Part shown: piece after piece, positions 38,160-51,432 of the stretch
Position numbering within the stretch: position 1 is the first letter of the stretch
How the letters are laid out: the number at the start of each line of letters is the position of its first letter
Source: Eledone cirrhosa
Lineage: Eukaryota
Direction: 5' to 3'
DNA length: 64,000 bases
Assembly (NCBI GenBank): GCA_964016885.1
Contig: CAXHJY010000262.1
Span: 1 to 64,000 of the forward strand
Notes under the pieces: generated by a model
Told to the model about the DNA's origin: nothing
What the model saw: the letters and a program-made list of their open reading frames with translations, nothing else
Database searches by the model: none
Position numbers and translations under genes: made by a program

Positions 38160-40957
38160 TTAGAAGAGTTCTAGTCCTTTAGAAGCCATTTCTGTATTAA
38201 ATATTGCCCATACACTACTATTTCCCTCAAATTTATGAGCTTTACTCCTTTAGAAGCAATTTCCTTATTACATGTGGCATATAATCTACTATTTCCTTCG
38301 AATTAAAGTGTTCAAGTATTTTAGAGGCCATTTCTGTATTAAATATTGCATATACACTACAAATTAATGAGTTGTAGCACTGTAGAAGCTATTTATCTAT
38401 TAAATACTGCATATAATCTATTAATACTCTTCAAATTAAAGAGTTTTAATCCTGTAGAAGCCGTTTCTGTATTAAATATTGCGTATACTCTACTATTTCC
38501 TTCGAATTTATGGGTTCTAGCTCTGTTGAAGCTATTTCTCTATTAAATATTGCATATACTGTACTATTTCCTTTGAATCGACGAGTTCTAGTCCTGTAGA
38601 AGCAATTTCTGCATTAAATATTGCACATACATTACTGTTTCCCTCGAATTAATGAGATTTAGTCCTTTAGAAGCCATTTCCGTATTAAATATGGCATATA
38701 ATCTACTAATACTCTTCAAATTAAAGATTTCTACTGCTTTAGAAGCCATTTCTTTATTAAATATGGCATATATACTACTATTTCCTCCAATTATATTAGT
38801 TTTACTCCCTTAGAATCCATTTCTTTCTTAAATATGGCACATAATCTACTAATATCCTTCAAATTAATGACTTTATAACAAAATACTGGTGTGTATGAAT
38901 ATAACAAGAGACGTGATTTGTGTGTATAATATTTAATCAACAATTTGTGGATATATAGAACAGTATAGTTGACATGTCAATGAATAGATGAAAGAATGAA
39001 GCAAAGTTATTAGTTACCGCTTTGGTTGCCAGGCGAACGCGCCTGGCCGAAGGCCATGAGCCGCAAAGGCAAATGAGAGAGAGGTAAATGAAAGTTATTC
39101 GTTTTATAGGGTTCTGCCGGAAGTGATAAAAAGGGTTCTATCACCCCAACGGGAAGCAACTCCAGCTACTTCCTGTCTAGAGAGCGTTACTCTATTGGTG
39201 ATGGAGTGTCACAATAAGGGAGGCAACTCTTGCTACAACTTCTAGTCCTTTACAAACCATTTCTGTATTAAATATTACATATAATGTACTATTTCCTTCG
39301 AATTAATGAGCTTTTGCCCTTTAGAAGCCATTTCTATATTAAATGTTGCATATAATCTATTAATATCCTTCAAATCAGTGAGTTCTAGTCCTGTAGAAGC
39401 CATTTCTTTATTAAGTATGGTATATATACTACTATTTCCTTCGAATTAATGAGCTTTACTCATTTAGAGGCCATTTCTGTATTATATGTGGCATAGGTTT
39501 CTAGTCTTTTAGAGGCAATTTCTGTATTAAATATAGCATATAATGTATTAAAGCCCCTCATATTAATGAATTTTAATCCTGTAGAAGTTATTTCTGTATT
39601 AAATATTGCATATACACTACTATTTCCTTCGAATTAATGAGTTCTAGCCCTGTGGAATCTATTTACCTATTAAATATTGCATATAATCTATTAATATCCT
39701 TCAAATTAAAGAGTTCTAGTGCTTCAGAAGCCATTTCTGTATTAAATATTACATATATACTACTATTTCCTCCAAATATATTAGTTCTAATCCTTTGACA
39801 GTCATTTCTGTATTGAATATTGCATATACTGTACTATTTCCTTAAAATTAAAGTGTTCTAGTGCTTTAGAAGCCATTTCTGTATTAAATATGGTATATAT
39901 ACTACTATTTCCTCTAATTATATTAGTTTTACTTGTTTAGAAGCCATTTCTTTTTTAAATATTGTATATACTCTACTATTTCCATCAAAATAAAGAGTTC
40001 TAGTATTTTAGAGGCTATTTCTGTATTAAATATTGTGTATACTCTACTATTTCTTTCGAATTACTGGTTTCTAGCTCTGTGGAAGCTATTTCTGTATTAA
40101 ATATTACATATATACTTCTATTTCCTCCAAATATATTAGTTGTTATCCTGTAGAAGACGTTTCTGTATTAAATATATGATATATACTACTATTTGATTCA
40201 ATTTAAAGAGTTCTAGTCCTTTAGAAGCCATTTCTGTATTAAATATGGCATATAATCTAACAATAACCCTCATATTAATTATTTTTATTCTTGTAGAAGC
40301 CATTTCTGTAGTAAATATTGCATTTATACTACTATCTGATTCGAATTAAAGCGTTCTAGTCCTTTAGAACCCATTTCTGTATTAAATATGGCATATAATG
40401 TAATAATACCCCTCATATTAATGAGTTTTAGTCTTGTAGAAGCCATTTCTGTATTAAATATTGGATATACAGTATATTTCCATCGAATTAAAGAGATCTC
40501 TTCATTTAGAAGCCATTTGCGTATTAAATATGGCATATATACTACTAATAACCATCATATTAATGACTTTTAGTCATGTAGAAGGCATTTCTGTAGTAAA
40601 TATTGCATATATACTACTATTTGATTCGAATTAAAGAGTTTTAGTCCTTTTCGAACCCATTTCTGCATAAAAATATGGCATATAAACTGTAATACCCCTC
40701 ATATTAATGAGTTTTAGTCTTGTAGAAGCCATATCTATTAAATATTGAAGCCATTTCTGTATTAAATATTGGATATACATTACAATTTCCATTGAATAAA
40801 TGAGTTCTCCGCATTTAGAAGCCATTTACGTATTTAATATGGCATATAAACTACTAATACCCCTCTTATTAATGAATTTAGTCTTGTTGAAGCAATTTCT
40901 GTATTAAATATTGCATATATACTACTATTTCATTCTAATTAAAGAGTTCTAGTCCTT
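38160..40957. repeat. ~70-bp satellite array
   Basis: Consensus GAGTTCTAGTCCTTTAGAAGCCATTTCTGTATTAAATATTGCATATACTACTATTTCCTTCGAATTAAT; >30 diverged copies. Confidence 0.92.
38874..39237 (-). mobile_element. Solo LTR inserted in the satellite, 4-bp TSD ACTT
   Basis: Minus strand TGTAGCA...TGTTATA, internal TATAAAA and ATTAAA; ACTT on both sides. Confidence 0.7.
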
Positions 40958-41163
40958 ATATACAGCTACCTAGGGTACAGACCTCAGAGAGATACCCAGT
41001 CACCTAGGGTACAGATCTTAGAGAGACACAGAGTCACTTAGGGTACTCCCAGTGCCCTTCTACATTGAATGTCTCTATCTGTACTTCTTTACTGTCGTAG
41101 GCGTTGTGTAAAATATCTTTAAAATATATCTTTTAATATATATATGTGTATATAAAATATATA

Positions 41164-41242
41164 CAGGGTCATCCCCCAAAAATGTATACACACTTCAACT
41201 ACAGTCTATGTAAATGTGTATACATATTTTAGGGACACCCTG
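41164..41242. mobile_element. 79-bp Tc1/mariner-type MITE
   Basis: TA|CAGGGTCATCCCCCAAAAATGTATACAC...GTGTATACATATTTTAGGGACACCCTG|TA. Confidence 0.75.
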
Positions 41243-43471
41243 TATAAAGACATATCATGTAACGTGACTCCTACTATTATTGGTTGTACAGATCGTCACA
41301 GATGAAAATATTTATTTCGACCAAGATTGAATATTTAATGGAATTAAGTGGAATTAGGAAATAAGACAATAAAACAGCGAAATGAAGACATAAGAGGTAG
41401 ATAGAGTAAAAGAAGAGAGGGGGAGAGAGAATTAACACAGTTTTGTCTTTCTATCTCTCTCACTCCTCCCCTTCCATATATTATTGTCTCTTACTACTCC
41501 TCATAAAAGCAGGTCTGACCCTTAGTCTGAATTATATCTACTTATGTAGGTTTAACATTACTGAATCACTTCTCGAACTTGGGGCTTCTGAAACTAACTT
41601 ATTGTGTTAGCAGATGTTGGATGAGAATCTCCAATAAAAATGTGGAGAAGCAAGGCGATAGATCTTTCTTTCTGTTTGTATTTGAATTAATCTTTACGTG
41701 TTTTCTTTTCTTTTGCTTGTAAATACAACCCACGTGTTATAAGAGTGGTTGAGTTACTGCAGTGTTAATGCTTCAGTGTGTGGAAGCCAGGTTAACAGCA
41801 GAAATCTTGTTGAGAGATTTACTGGCTCCAACCACATAATTATGGAGATAATGTTCAGATGAATAATAAATTGTGGAATTTCCTAGCTTTCGTCCTGGTA
41901 AGACTAAGTAGGCTTTTTGCTGTGTTACCTTAGGTTTGTAAGGGCTATTTAAGTCAATATTTCAGTGATTGATTTCTTGTTTTTGGTGGGTAGTCGCATG
42001 TGGTTGTGTGTGTTGTTTATGTTGACTTAAGTGGAGCCCTAAAAAACCCGCCCAGCAGAGACGGATGCCTAGATAGAATTTTGAGATGTATCAAAAACAG
42101 TGGAGGAGAAATAAATATAATACATTCACGAAACATGTGTTACACGTGATTACGAATAAAACAAACTTGGATCACTCAATCCTGATATATATTTCATTAG
42201 GGAACTAACGCCCGTTTAGTTCCCGATTGTCTTTAAACTGGGGCTTAAAGCAACCAATCAAATAGTCCTTTCCTAATTCAAGAAGGCATGTTACCTGAAA
42301 GAAATTTGGCTGCTATTTCCAACAGGTCAAGTAACCACATAGAGGTTTTCACTCCTTCTCTCGAAACAAACATATTTGTTATTGTTAGTGGTTTTAGCCA
42401 AAAAGTTCTTGTTGAAATCAGTAATATTTTACAGGAAAGTTAGGATTAACTAATGAACTTGATACAATTGAGTGAGGGAAGATTTTAGCTGGCCAACATA
42501 AAAAAACACTTTCTAAATGAGACAGAACACTTTTTAGAATAATTATTTCAATGATTTTTTCTACCTTTTCCTTTTAACTTTCTCTTTCCACTTGTTTTTC
42601 CTTCTTTTCTTTAACCTTCTTAGATTATATGTTGTCTTATATTTTCACTAGGACTCCATTCTTCTCTGTGTTATATCTATAAGGTTCCTTGTGAAACACC
42701 ATAATTAGAATACAATTGAACAACACAAAAAAAAGAACGCTTTAATTCGGTTATAAAGAATGTTTCGTTACAACTAATTAATTTCATACTGCGTGAATTT
42801 CGTTATAACGGAATTTCACTGTATATATATTATGTGTTCGTGCGCGCGTATATATATAGCAAGAAGGAGGATGATATTCTGGCGGTTTTCGAGCTTATTC
42901 TGAAGTCTGTACAAAAGACTTGCTGTTGTTGATTGTTTAACTAAACGTAAGAGTTTAAAGAAGAAAAATCTGTAATGGATAATTTCACTGCTATTTCTAG
43001 CGGGGTGAGAGACTACGTAGATATATAATTGATATTTTCTTGAGTGATACTTTCTGATTTACAATAAATTAAATACGATTGGAACTGTGTCTGAAGGTAT
43101 TAAATTATATCAGGGACTTTTAACGTATGACACCGATAAGGGAGTTAAATCATTTCCAACGACATTGAGTACCTGCTATCTTCATTATATTGTGCCAAAA
43201 AGTAGAAACACTTATAACTTTAATTAATCTAATTATATCTTGTGTAACAATTATATATATATATACACAATTTTCTTTCCCCGACATCAGTCTTTCACTG
43301 TCATATCTATTCTTACTTTACAATTGTGTCTACTAAGAGTTCCATTACAATCTGTAGTAGTAAAACTACTATTTCACCAGAACATCTGCTATCAGTCATT
43401 TATAGACAATAAATATATATTTGAGACCACATATCAACATAATATATATATATTTCCTATCAAATCTGTAG

Positions 43472-43679
43472 CTAAAGACATAAAGTCAGCCTCACTACTT
43501 CATTCTGACAAGATATCAATGTATGACTAAAGATGAAGAAGATACACCACCGTTAATGTCGTGAAATAAAGCTGATAACATCTTTGAAACTTCTAATTTG
43601 ATAACGAAGAGATTATTTCTTTGGTTGTTTAGTAAAACCTAACAACACAACACATTGATTATATCTGAAGGAGGTAAGT
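43472..43679 (+). other. Putative non-coding upstream exon of ZNF gene 2 with donor site at 43674
   Basis: GAG|GTAAGT consensus donor, conserved in the inverted paralog; exon start is a guess (TCTGTAG acceptor). Confidence 0.45.
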
Positions 43680-44061
43680 TGACAAAGATTTACTTAATGT
43701 GTGTAAATAATATAATTATGTGAACCCTACAACGACCCCGTAATTATATACAAGTGAAAATATATATAACAACATTAGAAAAATATATTTCTTCCTCCAC
43801 TTTTATATATAGAAAAAAACCTTCCAAACTGAAATGTTGATGTGTTATTTTTCAATCACCAGATTCCACTGTTACATGTGATATAAAATATATTGTTGTC
43901 ATGACTGTCTTTATTATTTAAAATACCTCCGTCTATATTTCAACCACTGGAACAACCTCAAACAAGAAACAGTTGTTGCACCCTCAGTTACATTTTAATG
44001 TCAAAAATCGAAATAAATGTTATGAGTGTATATAGATAGATGTATGTTGTGTGTGTATATA

Positions 44062-44445
44062 CAGTAATCCCCCGCTATATCGCGGTTCACTTTTCGCGGT
44101 CCCGTTACATCGCGGATATTTCTTTGGAACGTATCTAATTTCCTATCGCGGTAATCCTCGCCACATCGCGGATTTTTCGTTAGAACATATCTATTTTCTT
44201 ATCGCGGTATGTCTGAATAAAAAGTGTTTAAATTTTAAACTTATTAAATAAGTTTCAATGTTATTAAAGTGTATATTGTAAGGAAGGGACATCTTACGAC
44301 CGTTAGTTTGGTGTTTAAATACAAAAGTGTGTTTTAATGAATTTATATGTACTTAAAGCATGTATGAGAGGTATTTTAAGGCTTAAACTATGAAAACAAC
44401 GGTCGTTCGTCTTTATGGTCTCTCTATATCACAGTTGGTTCTAGA
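44062..44445 (+). mobile_element. Tigger/pogo-like element fragment (paralog of 35545-36123)
   Basis: TA|CAGTAATCCCCCGCTATATCGCGG. Confidence 0.6.
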
Positions 44446-44452
44446 AGGTATC

Positions 44453-44636
44453 ATGGCTTAGAGGTTAGAGCATTGGGCTTACAATTAAAAGGTGGTGAGT
44501 TCGATTCTCGGACCGGGTGATGTGTTGTGTCCTTGAGGAAGACACTTTATTTCACGTTGTTTCAGTTTACTCAGCTGTAGAAATGAGCTGTGATGTCACT
44601 GGTGCCAAGCTGTATCGGCCATAACCTTTCTCTTAG
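44453..44636 (+). mobile_element. tRNA-derived CORE-type SINE
   Basis: TGGCTTAGAGG A box, GAGTTCGATTC B box, GTGTCCTTGAGGAAGACACTT. Confidence 0.8.
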
Positions 44637-44758
44637 ACGTATATATACTGTATAATATATATAGTGTATATATATGTTGTGATGTCACTAGTGCCAAGCT
44701 GTATCGGCCATAACCTTTCCCTTGGACATATATATAGTGTATATATACTGTACACAGT

Positions 44759-45342
44759 TTTAGCAGTTATTGGTTATAGAGTAGTCGCCACATTAGCAGG
44801 GTGGTAGAATCAGTGGTCGTCACTTTAACAGGGTAGATGATTGAAGGTCGTTAGTTGCCAGTGTGGTAAGTGATAGTATCCTCGTTGGATTATCTTGTTG
44901 ATATAGACGTGAGGGAAGGTCCCTCGATCTATTTACCATCTATTTACAATATTCCTTTCGTCAGGTGGCCAATTCCAGCAGCATGGATTAAAGATGTTAT
45001 TGTGACACGAGTAACATAATAACGACTTCAACAGCAGCAATTAGAGATGAAATGTCTGTTTATTTATATGGTTGAAGTTACAGGTAAAAAGAGGTTACAA
45101 AAGGGAATGTGCCGTTGCGCCGTTAAGCCGGCGAGGCTAGGGGTGCAATATCTCACTGTTACATTATGCGTGTTGCTGGCTTGAAGTTTCCGGTACAAGA
45201 GAGAGATTCTTCAAATCTTCGCGGGGAATTTCTTCCTCAGGGCGCGTAAGGATACATCCTCTTCTACTGGCGCTGATTGGCTGAACTGAGCCAAATCACG
45301 CACAGAGAATGTATGTGAGCCTGCGGAATGTAGGTCACTACA
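44759..45342 (-). mobile_element. Solo LTR, 4-bp TSD CAGT
   Basis: Ends TTTAGCAG...CACTACA flanked by CAGT on both sides; an empty-site-like sequence TACTGTACACAGTGTAT occurs in the inverted paralog near 35320-35340. Confidence 0.7.
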
Positions 45343-45366
45343 CAGTGTATATATATATATAGGTAT

Positions 45367-46075
45367 ATCATCATCACCGTTTCTTCGACGGTAGTATGGG
45401 TTAGACAGGTTGTCCTGTTGTAGGCAATGCCAGGTGCAGCAGTGACCTTGTCTTGCTCAGATGGGAACTGATTTTGGCTTGATTTCTACAGCTGGATGCC
45501 CTTCCTAACACCAACCTCACAGTGAGTGATGGGTTTTTTTTTTGTGGTGACACCTCCATGGCCACTTTACAGCGGGAGGGGTGGGGGCATATTGTCTATA
45601 TGCTTCAGCTTCAGCTTGCACCTGGGGGGTACAACACAACCTCCTCTCCTGCACACAGCATTTGATTCCTCTTATGCTCAGTCTCTCTCTCAATTTGTTT
45701 ATGCTTTGCTCTTCGCGTATAATTACTATTACACATCCATTGGAGCATGCAAGCTTCGTTTCTTTCTAATCTACGCAAGTCTTCTACAGACAGTGCCCAG
45801 GTCTCACTACCATATAACATTGGTGTTCGTATGCACGCATCATACTGTCTGCCTTTCATTTTGAGGGAAAAGCCTTTTGTAGCTAGCAGTGGCAGTAGCT
45901 CCCTGAACTTCTTCAATCCCGTTGTTACCCTGGTTACTGTACTTTCAGAACACCCATCTCCGCTGCTCATTTGGTCAACTAGGTAGCAAAAGCTGTCTAT
46001 TGTTTCTACAGAGCTCTCCCAGAGTTTGGTGGTGCTTGTTTCTTTAGTTCTGCCATAGATTCAGCTATAAGTGTA
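45367..46075 (-). mobile_element. Internally deleted RTE fragment
   Basis: GCSESTVTRV..KKFRELLPLL..GSETWAL; (GAT)n tail at the left. Confidence 0.85.
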
Positions 46076-46267
46076 AGAACTTTCTAGTTGCAAATCACAT
46101 GGTCATTCGTGACTGACGAGAGTTTTCGATATGTTAGGTGTGTATATATAGATGTATATTGATGTCCATGTGGGAGTCATTGATACAAATGCTAGGGAAG
46201 GCTGGTCTTCTATATTACTGTATAACACCAAATATCTCGATCCTGTGTCATTGTCTTTGAGAAGTGG

Positions 46268-46576
46268 AATTGTGTGAGGTCAGCTTTTATCACCGCAAAC
46301 TAGGTCTTCCTACTCCATAGCTTCCATCAATTGTCTGAGGTCAGCTTTTATCACCTCAGACTAAGTCTTCCTATTCCATAGCTTCCATCAATTGTGTGAG
46401 GTCAGCTTTTATCACCTCAAACTAGGTCTTCCTACTCCATAGCTTCCATCAATTGTCTGAGGTCAGCTTTTATCACATCAAACTAGGTCTTCCTACTCCA
46501 TAGCTTCCATCAATTGTGTGAGGTCAGCTTTTATCACCTCAAACTAGGTCTTCCTACTTCACAGCTTCCATCAATT
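46268..46576. repeat. 61-bp tandem repeat, 5 copies
   Basis: AATTGTGTGAGGTCAGCTTTTATCACCTCAAACTAGGTCTTCCTACTCCATAGCTTCCATC at 46268, 46329, 46390, 46451, 46512. Confidence 0.92.
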
Positions 46577-46660
46577 TTATAAAATGCTTGAAAATGCTTT
46601 AAATCAAAATTTAATCCTGAAAAGAAGAAATTGGAACATTATCCACTGAAAGTTGCTTAA

Positions 46661-46858
46661 CTCTTTAACATTTAAACCAGCCAGAATTCTGTCTCCTTTT
46701 TCTGTTCAAACCTGCCGTAACTGGCCACTCTTACTGATATTAAGGTATTGTTCTCAATATAAATAATATCAAAATCTCATAGATTCAATATTATGTGAGG
46801 TAAAGACTTTACTGTGAAAATATAATAGTATATATAGATTAACGTAAATGCTAAAGGG
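46661..46858. mobile_element. piggyBac-like MITE
   Basis: TTAA|CTCTTTAACATTTA...TAAATGCTAAAGGG|TTAA. Confidence 0.75.
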
Positions 46859-47064
46859 TTAAACCCTGAAGAAAGGACTTTTAGGTTCCGAAATATTCGA
46901 CAGATAAAAGAACAACAACAAAAAGCAAAACAAAGATTACCAGGTAACTTTTACTTTTCGTTACCTCATCTTACAGTCCATTTTGCATTGTTTAGCCTTC
47001 TATCTCTTTCAACATTATATATTATATAGAATGCTTCAAGCAAACTACAACATTTTATTATATA

Positions 47065-47600
47065 TCATCATCATCAATTAACATCCATCTTCCACGCTAG
47101 CATGGGTTAGACGGGTCCCATTTAGAGGCAAGTTGGGTCAGGTGACCATGTCTCACTCATATAGGGGTGTTTCTGGCTAGCTTTCTATGGCTGGATGCCC
47201 TTCCTAACGCCAACAACATTGTCGGCTGGGTGCTTTTTGCTGTGTCTTTTATACGTCCACTTTACAGTGTGGGGTGGGTACTTTTTGCTGTCTTTTACAC
47301 GTCCACTTTACAGTGTGGGGTGGGTACTTTTTGCTGTGTCTTTTACACGTCCACATTACAGTGTGGGTTGGGTGCTTTTTGCCATGTCTTTTACACGTCC
47401 ACTTTACAGTGTGGGGTAGGTACTTTTTGCCATGTCTTTTACGTGTCCACTTTACAGTGTGGGCTGGGTACTTTTTGCTGTGTCTTTTACACGTCCACTT
47501 TACAGTGTGGGGTGGGTACTTTTTGCTGTGTCTTGTACACGTCCACATTACAGTGTGGGGTGGGTACTTTTTGCTGTCTTTTACACATCCAGTGTGGGTG
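47065..47600 (-). mobile_element. RTE-related 3' UTR with ~48-bp tandem amplification
   Basis: (CAT)n tail, CACGCTAGCATGGGTTAGACGGG, then about 8 copies of ACGTCCACTTTACAGTGTGGGGTGGGTACTTTTTGCTGTGTCTTTTAC. Confidence 0.75.
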
Positions 47601-48054
47601 GGAGATATATATATATATGTATCATCACCATTTAGCGTCCATTTTTGCATGGATTAGACGGATCATCCACGCCATGAGGCAAGTCTGACCAGGGTTGGCC
47701 ATGGGTCTGTAAATTTGGTCAGGTATTTTACAGCTAGATTCCCTTCCTAACACCAACCATGTTTACAGTGTGGAACTGGATGGCTCTGTTATGAGGTGGG
47801 ACCGGCCAGTTGGCTGTGCTGAACCTATCTCACAGTGGAACTATAATTTTGGGGCCTGGTACTGGGTGCCACCATTATGATGAGGGGTGGCCAGTCAACT
47901 GCACCAAACTCATCTCAGAAGGTTACCAGAGTTTTGGGGCCCTGTACTAGATGACATCGCTATAGTGATGGTGCAGCTGTAGTTTGACATATATATAGCA
48001 TTGGTTTATATAAATAAACATCACACAGGTACATTTCTACAGTTTACCAAGGTA

Positions 48055-48188
48055 CCATATTTACTGCCGCCGATGATGACCCTTTTTTGAAAAAAAATAA
48101 TAAGCAACCTTTGGCCTCCAGGACTTTTGGTAGATTTTTGAGACTTATATTAGGGAAAAAGTAACGTCTTCGATGCAGGGAAATATGG
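48055..48188. mobile_element. Small TA-flanked MITE
   Basis: TA|CCATATTTACTGC...GCAGGGAAATATGG|TA. Confidence 0.55.
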
Positions 48189-48485
48189 TACAAAAATGTA
48201 AAATTTCCACTGTTAAATCTATCTCTGCTTCTAAAGTATTCTCTATTATCTCATACTGTTTCTTATAAGTCCTATAAGAATGAATTTTTTGCTAAACTGC
48301 CATAGAGCAGACTTCCCAAGAGATAGAAGGATATAATTTATATAGCATGCTGGAATACCACTGCTTACATTGGAGAGAATTGCTCTGGACAGGAAAGTTG
48401 ATATCTACAGTTTATCAATATAGAAATATAAAATTTCCACTGTTAAATCTATCACTGCTTCTTAAGTATTCTCTATTATCTCATA

Positions 48486-48505
48486 CTGTTTCTTTCTTAT
48501 TTCAG
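48486..48505 (+). promoter_or_regulatory. Putative 3' splice acceptor of ZNF gene 2
   Basis: CTGTTTCTTTCTTATTTCAG|AATATCAGATG. Confidence 0.65.
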
Positions 48506-48841
48506 AATATCAGATGACATTGGGATAAATTATTATTTAAAATCTTGGATACATCTCTTCCATTTATCATCATTTGAAGACTAAAACAGAACTTATATAA
48601 CACTGTTTATATAAATCTGTTGTTGAATTACTGTGAAATATTTCCTCAGAACTGAGTTTATTTTCTTCACTATGAGATGATTTTGTATTTTAACTAAACT
48701 TGGATGAAAAAGAAGTTTGTATTATCTTCAGATATTAACTGATATCACAGTTGAGGGAAATATAGAAGATATATTTGTAAGGAATATAATATAAAAAATA
48801 TTACAAGTAAAACATTTGTATATTCTGTTGAAGAAATCATT

Positions 48842-50032
48842 ATGGAAAATAAATTGAGTGAAAAGATTAAATGTGAAACACAATCGAAAATATTTAGTAT
48901 TCCTGGTGAGATGACGAAGGTTAGAGAAGAGAAGCCATATCACTGTGATATCTGTGGTAAATCATTCACTGATAGTAGTGCCTTGACTAGACACAAACGT
49001 ATACATACAGGAGATAAGCCATATCATTGTGAGTTCTGTGGGGTATCATTCTCTCAAAGTAGTGCCTTAACTAACCACAATCGCATACATACAGGAGAGA
49101 AACCATATCCCTGTGATATCTGTGGTAAATCATTCTCTCATAGTAGTCACTTAACTTATCACAAACGTACACATACAGGTGACAGGCCATACCACTGTGA
49201 TATTTGTGGTAAATCATTCTCTCAAATTAGTCACTTAATTCCTCACAAACGTACCCATACAGGAGAGAAGCCATATCACTGTGATATCTGTGATAAATCA
49301 TTCTCCGATAGTAGTACCTTAACTAGACACAGGCGTACCCATACAAGAGACAAGCCATATCACTGTGATATCTGTGATAAATCATTCTCCGATATTAGTA
49401 CCATAACTAGACACAGGCGTACCCATACAGGAGACAAGCCATATTACTGTGATATCTGTGGTAAATCATTCTCTCAAAGTGGTAGCTTAACTACTCACAA
49501 ACGTATACATACAGGAGAGAAGCCTTATCACTGCGATATCTGTGGTGAGTCATTCTCTGAAAGTGGTCACTTAACTAGCCACAAACGTATACATACAGGA
49601 GACAAGCCATATCATTGTGATATCTGTGGTAAATCATTCTCTGTAAGTAGTAGCTTAACTACACACAAACGTATACATACAGGAGACAAGCCATATCACT
49701 GTGATATCTGTGGTAAATCATTCTCTCAAATTAGTCACTTAAATAGCCACAATCGTATACATACAGGAGACAAGCCATATCACTGTGATATCTGTGGTAA
49801 ATCATTCTCTGTAAGTAGTAGCTTAACTACTCACAATCGTATACATACAGGAGATAAGCCATATCACTGTGATATCTGTGGTAAATCATTCTCTGTAAGT
49901 AGTAGCTTAACTACTCACAATTGTATACATACAGGAGACAAGCCATATCACTGTGATATCTGTGGTATATCATTCTCTATGGAAAGTAGCGTAACTACTC
50001 ACAAACTTATACATGCAGAAAAGCAATCATAA
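48842..50032 (+). CDS. Tandem C2H2 zinc-finger protein, 396 aa, 13 fingers
   Basis: Repeated [21 protein letters not shown]; paralog of 24406-26220; AATAAA at 50363. Confidence 0.92.
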   Translation: MENKLSEKIKCETQSKIFSIPGEMTKVREEKPYHCDICGKSFTDSSALTRHKRIHTGDKPYHCEFCGVSFSQSSALTNHNRIHTGEKPYPCDICGKSFSHSSHLTYHKRTHTGDRPYHCDICGKSFSQISHLIPHKRTHTGEKPYHCDICDKSFSDSSTLTRHRRTHTRDKPYHCDICDKSFSDISTITRHRRTHTGDKPYYCDICGKSFSQSGSLTTHKRIHTGEKPYHCDICGESFSESGHLTSHKRIHTGDKPYHCDICGKSFSVSSSLTTHKRIHTGDKPYHCDICGKSFSQISHLNSHNRIHTGDKPYHCDICGKSFSVSSSLTTHNRIHTGDKPYHCDICGKSFSVSSSLTTHNCIHTGDKPYHCDICGISFSMESSVTTHKLIHAEKQS

Positions 50033-50506
50033 CACATTAACATCAGTAATAAATCATTCCCTCTAATTTGTGAATTAATGAGAATACAAATACATATCAT
50101 TGTGACATCTGAGGAAATCATTCTCTTTGAATGTTACATTAACTACACACAAACAAATACATACAGCTGGGAAGCCTTTGATATATTTGGTAAATCTTTC
50201 TCTAAATGTTGTGGCTTCACTAACATCTACAGGAGAGGAACTATATCACTGGGATGTCTGTGATAAATCATTCTCTTGTAAAAATTACTTAATGCAACAC
50301 AATCAGACAAGATAAAAACCATATCACTCCCCCAAAATAGTACCACTAATGTTAATATTTTGAATAAAACTGTTTTACTGAGAAATTCTTTTCCTTTCAT
50401 TTTATTTGGATTTTGAAGTTCAGATTGATCTGCGGAAAAGTTTTGAAATTTAAATTTGTCCAGGTACCACGGCTATTTGCCAATATGAGTTTGTGTTTAT
50501 TGATTT

Positions 50507-51432
50507 ACTAGCAGTAAAGCCCGGCGTTGCTCGGGGTCGCTCAGTAGCTGTGTTAAAGTTACAATGTTAAGTTTCTTTCTTGGCTTAAAAACTGTAGTGT
50601 CTACTGTGCAGACTTGCATGTGGTGTTTTTGATTAATATTCCCTCAACCAACAATATGCCTTATGAAGTTAAGAAAACATAACGATAACCCGAATGTTAT
50701 AACAAAAGAGGATGCTGGGGATAGAAACTGCACTGGTTATTTATTAACAAAGATCGAAAATGTAAACACTGCAACGCAGAGAAAAACATTAGCGTAACCA
50801 AATTATCAGTTATGTCTGTCTGCACGCCTATATCACCTCTCTGCACGACTGTCTGTCTGCACGCCTATATCACCTCTCTGCACGACTGTCTGTCTGCACG
50901 CCTATATCACCTCTCTGCACGACTGTCTGTCTGCACGCCTATATCACCTCTCTGCACGACTGTCTGTCTGCACGCGTATATCACCTCTCTGCACGACTGT
51001 CTGTCTGCACGCCTAACGACGAAATATTTGCTTGTTTTACGTAGTCTTTAAATAGACTTGTTTTCAAGTAAAAATATTGTTTTTAAATGGAAATGAAGCA
51101 AAACGGAAGCTTAGTGTTCGAACTGATGAATTTTGCAGGTCAATATTTTGCTGGCTCGACAACTGTTAAAGCCAGCGTAATTTTTTACGTAAGACGCTCA
51201 ATGTAAACAGAACAAAGGGAAATAACTGATAACTTACGCTCAAAAATCGATACATTATATTCGATTTCGTCACATAAGGTGGGTCAATTTGAAATTTTTT
51301 TTTCCGATGTCTTCGCTAGGGCTCAATGTACAAGTATAGCAATTTCGGTGCAATTCCGTGAGAGATTCTAAGAGGAGATGTGTGCCAAAAATCGATAGAC
51401 AGACAGACAACCACAGTTTTATATATATAGAT
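50507..51432 (+). mobile_element. Helentron/Helitron2-like non-autonomous element
   Basis: Starts ACTAGCAGTAAAGCCCGGCGTTGCTCGGG (subterminal hairpin), ends (GACA)n...TTTTATATATATAGAT; internal tandem repeat. Confidence 0.6.
50814..51013. repeat. 37-bp tandem repeat, ~5.4 copies
   Basis: GTCTGTCTGCACGCCTATATCACCTCTCTGCACGACT. Confidence 0.92.

Noticed and set aside
46268-46576. 61-bp, 37-bp (50814) and 48-bp (47250) repeats as CRISPR arrays
   Set aside because: Pure tandem repeats with no unique spacers, no cas genes, eukaryotic context
46855-46910. CTGAAGA...GAAA hammerhead-like string
   Set aside because: No compatible stem I/III or NUH site
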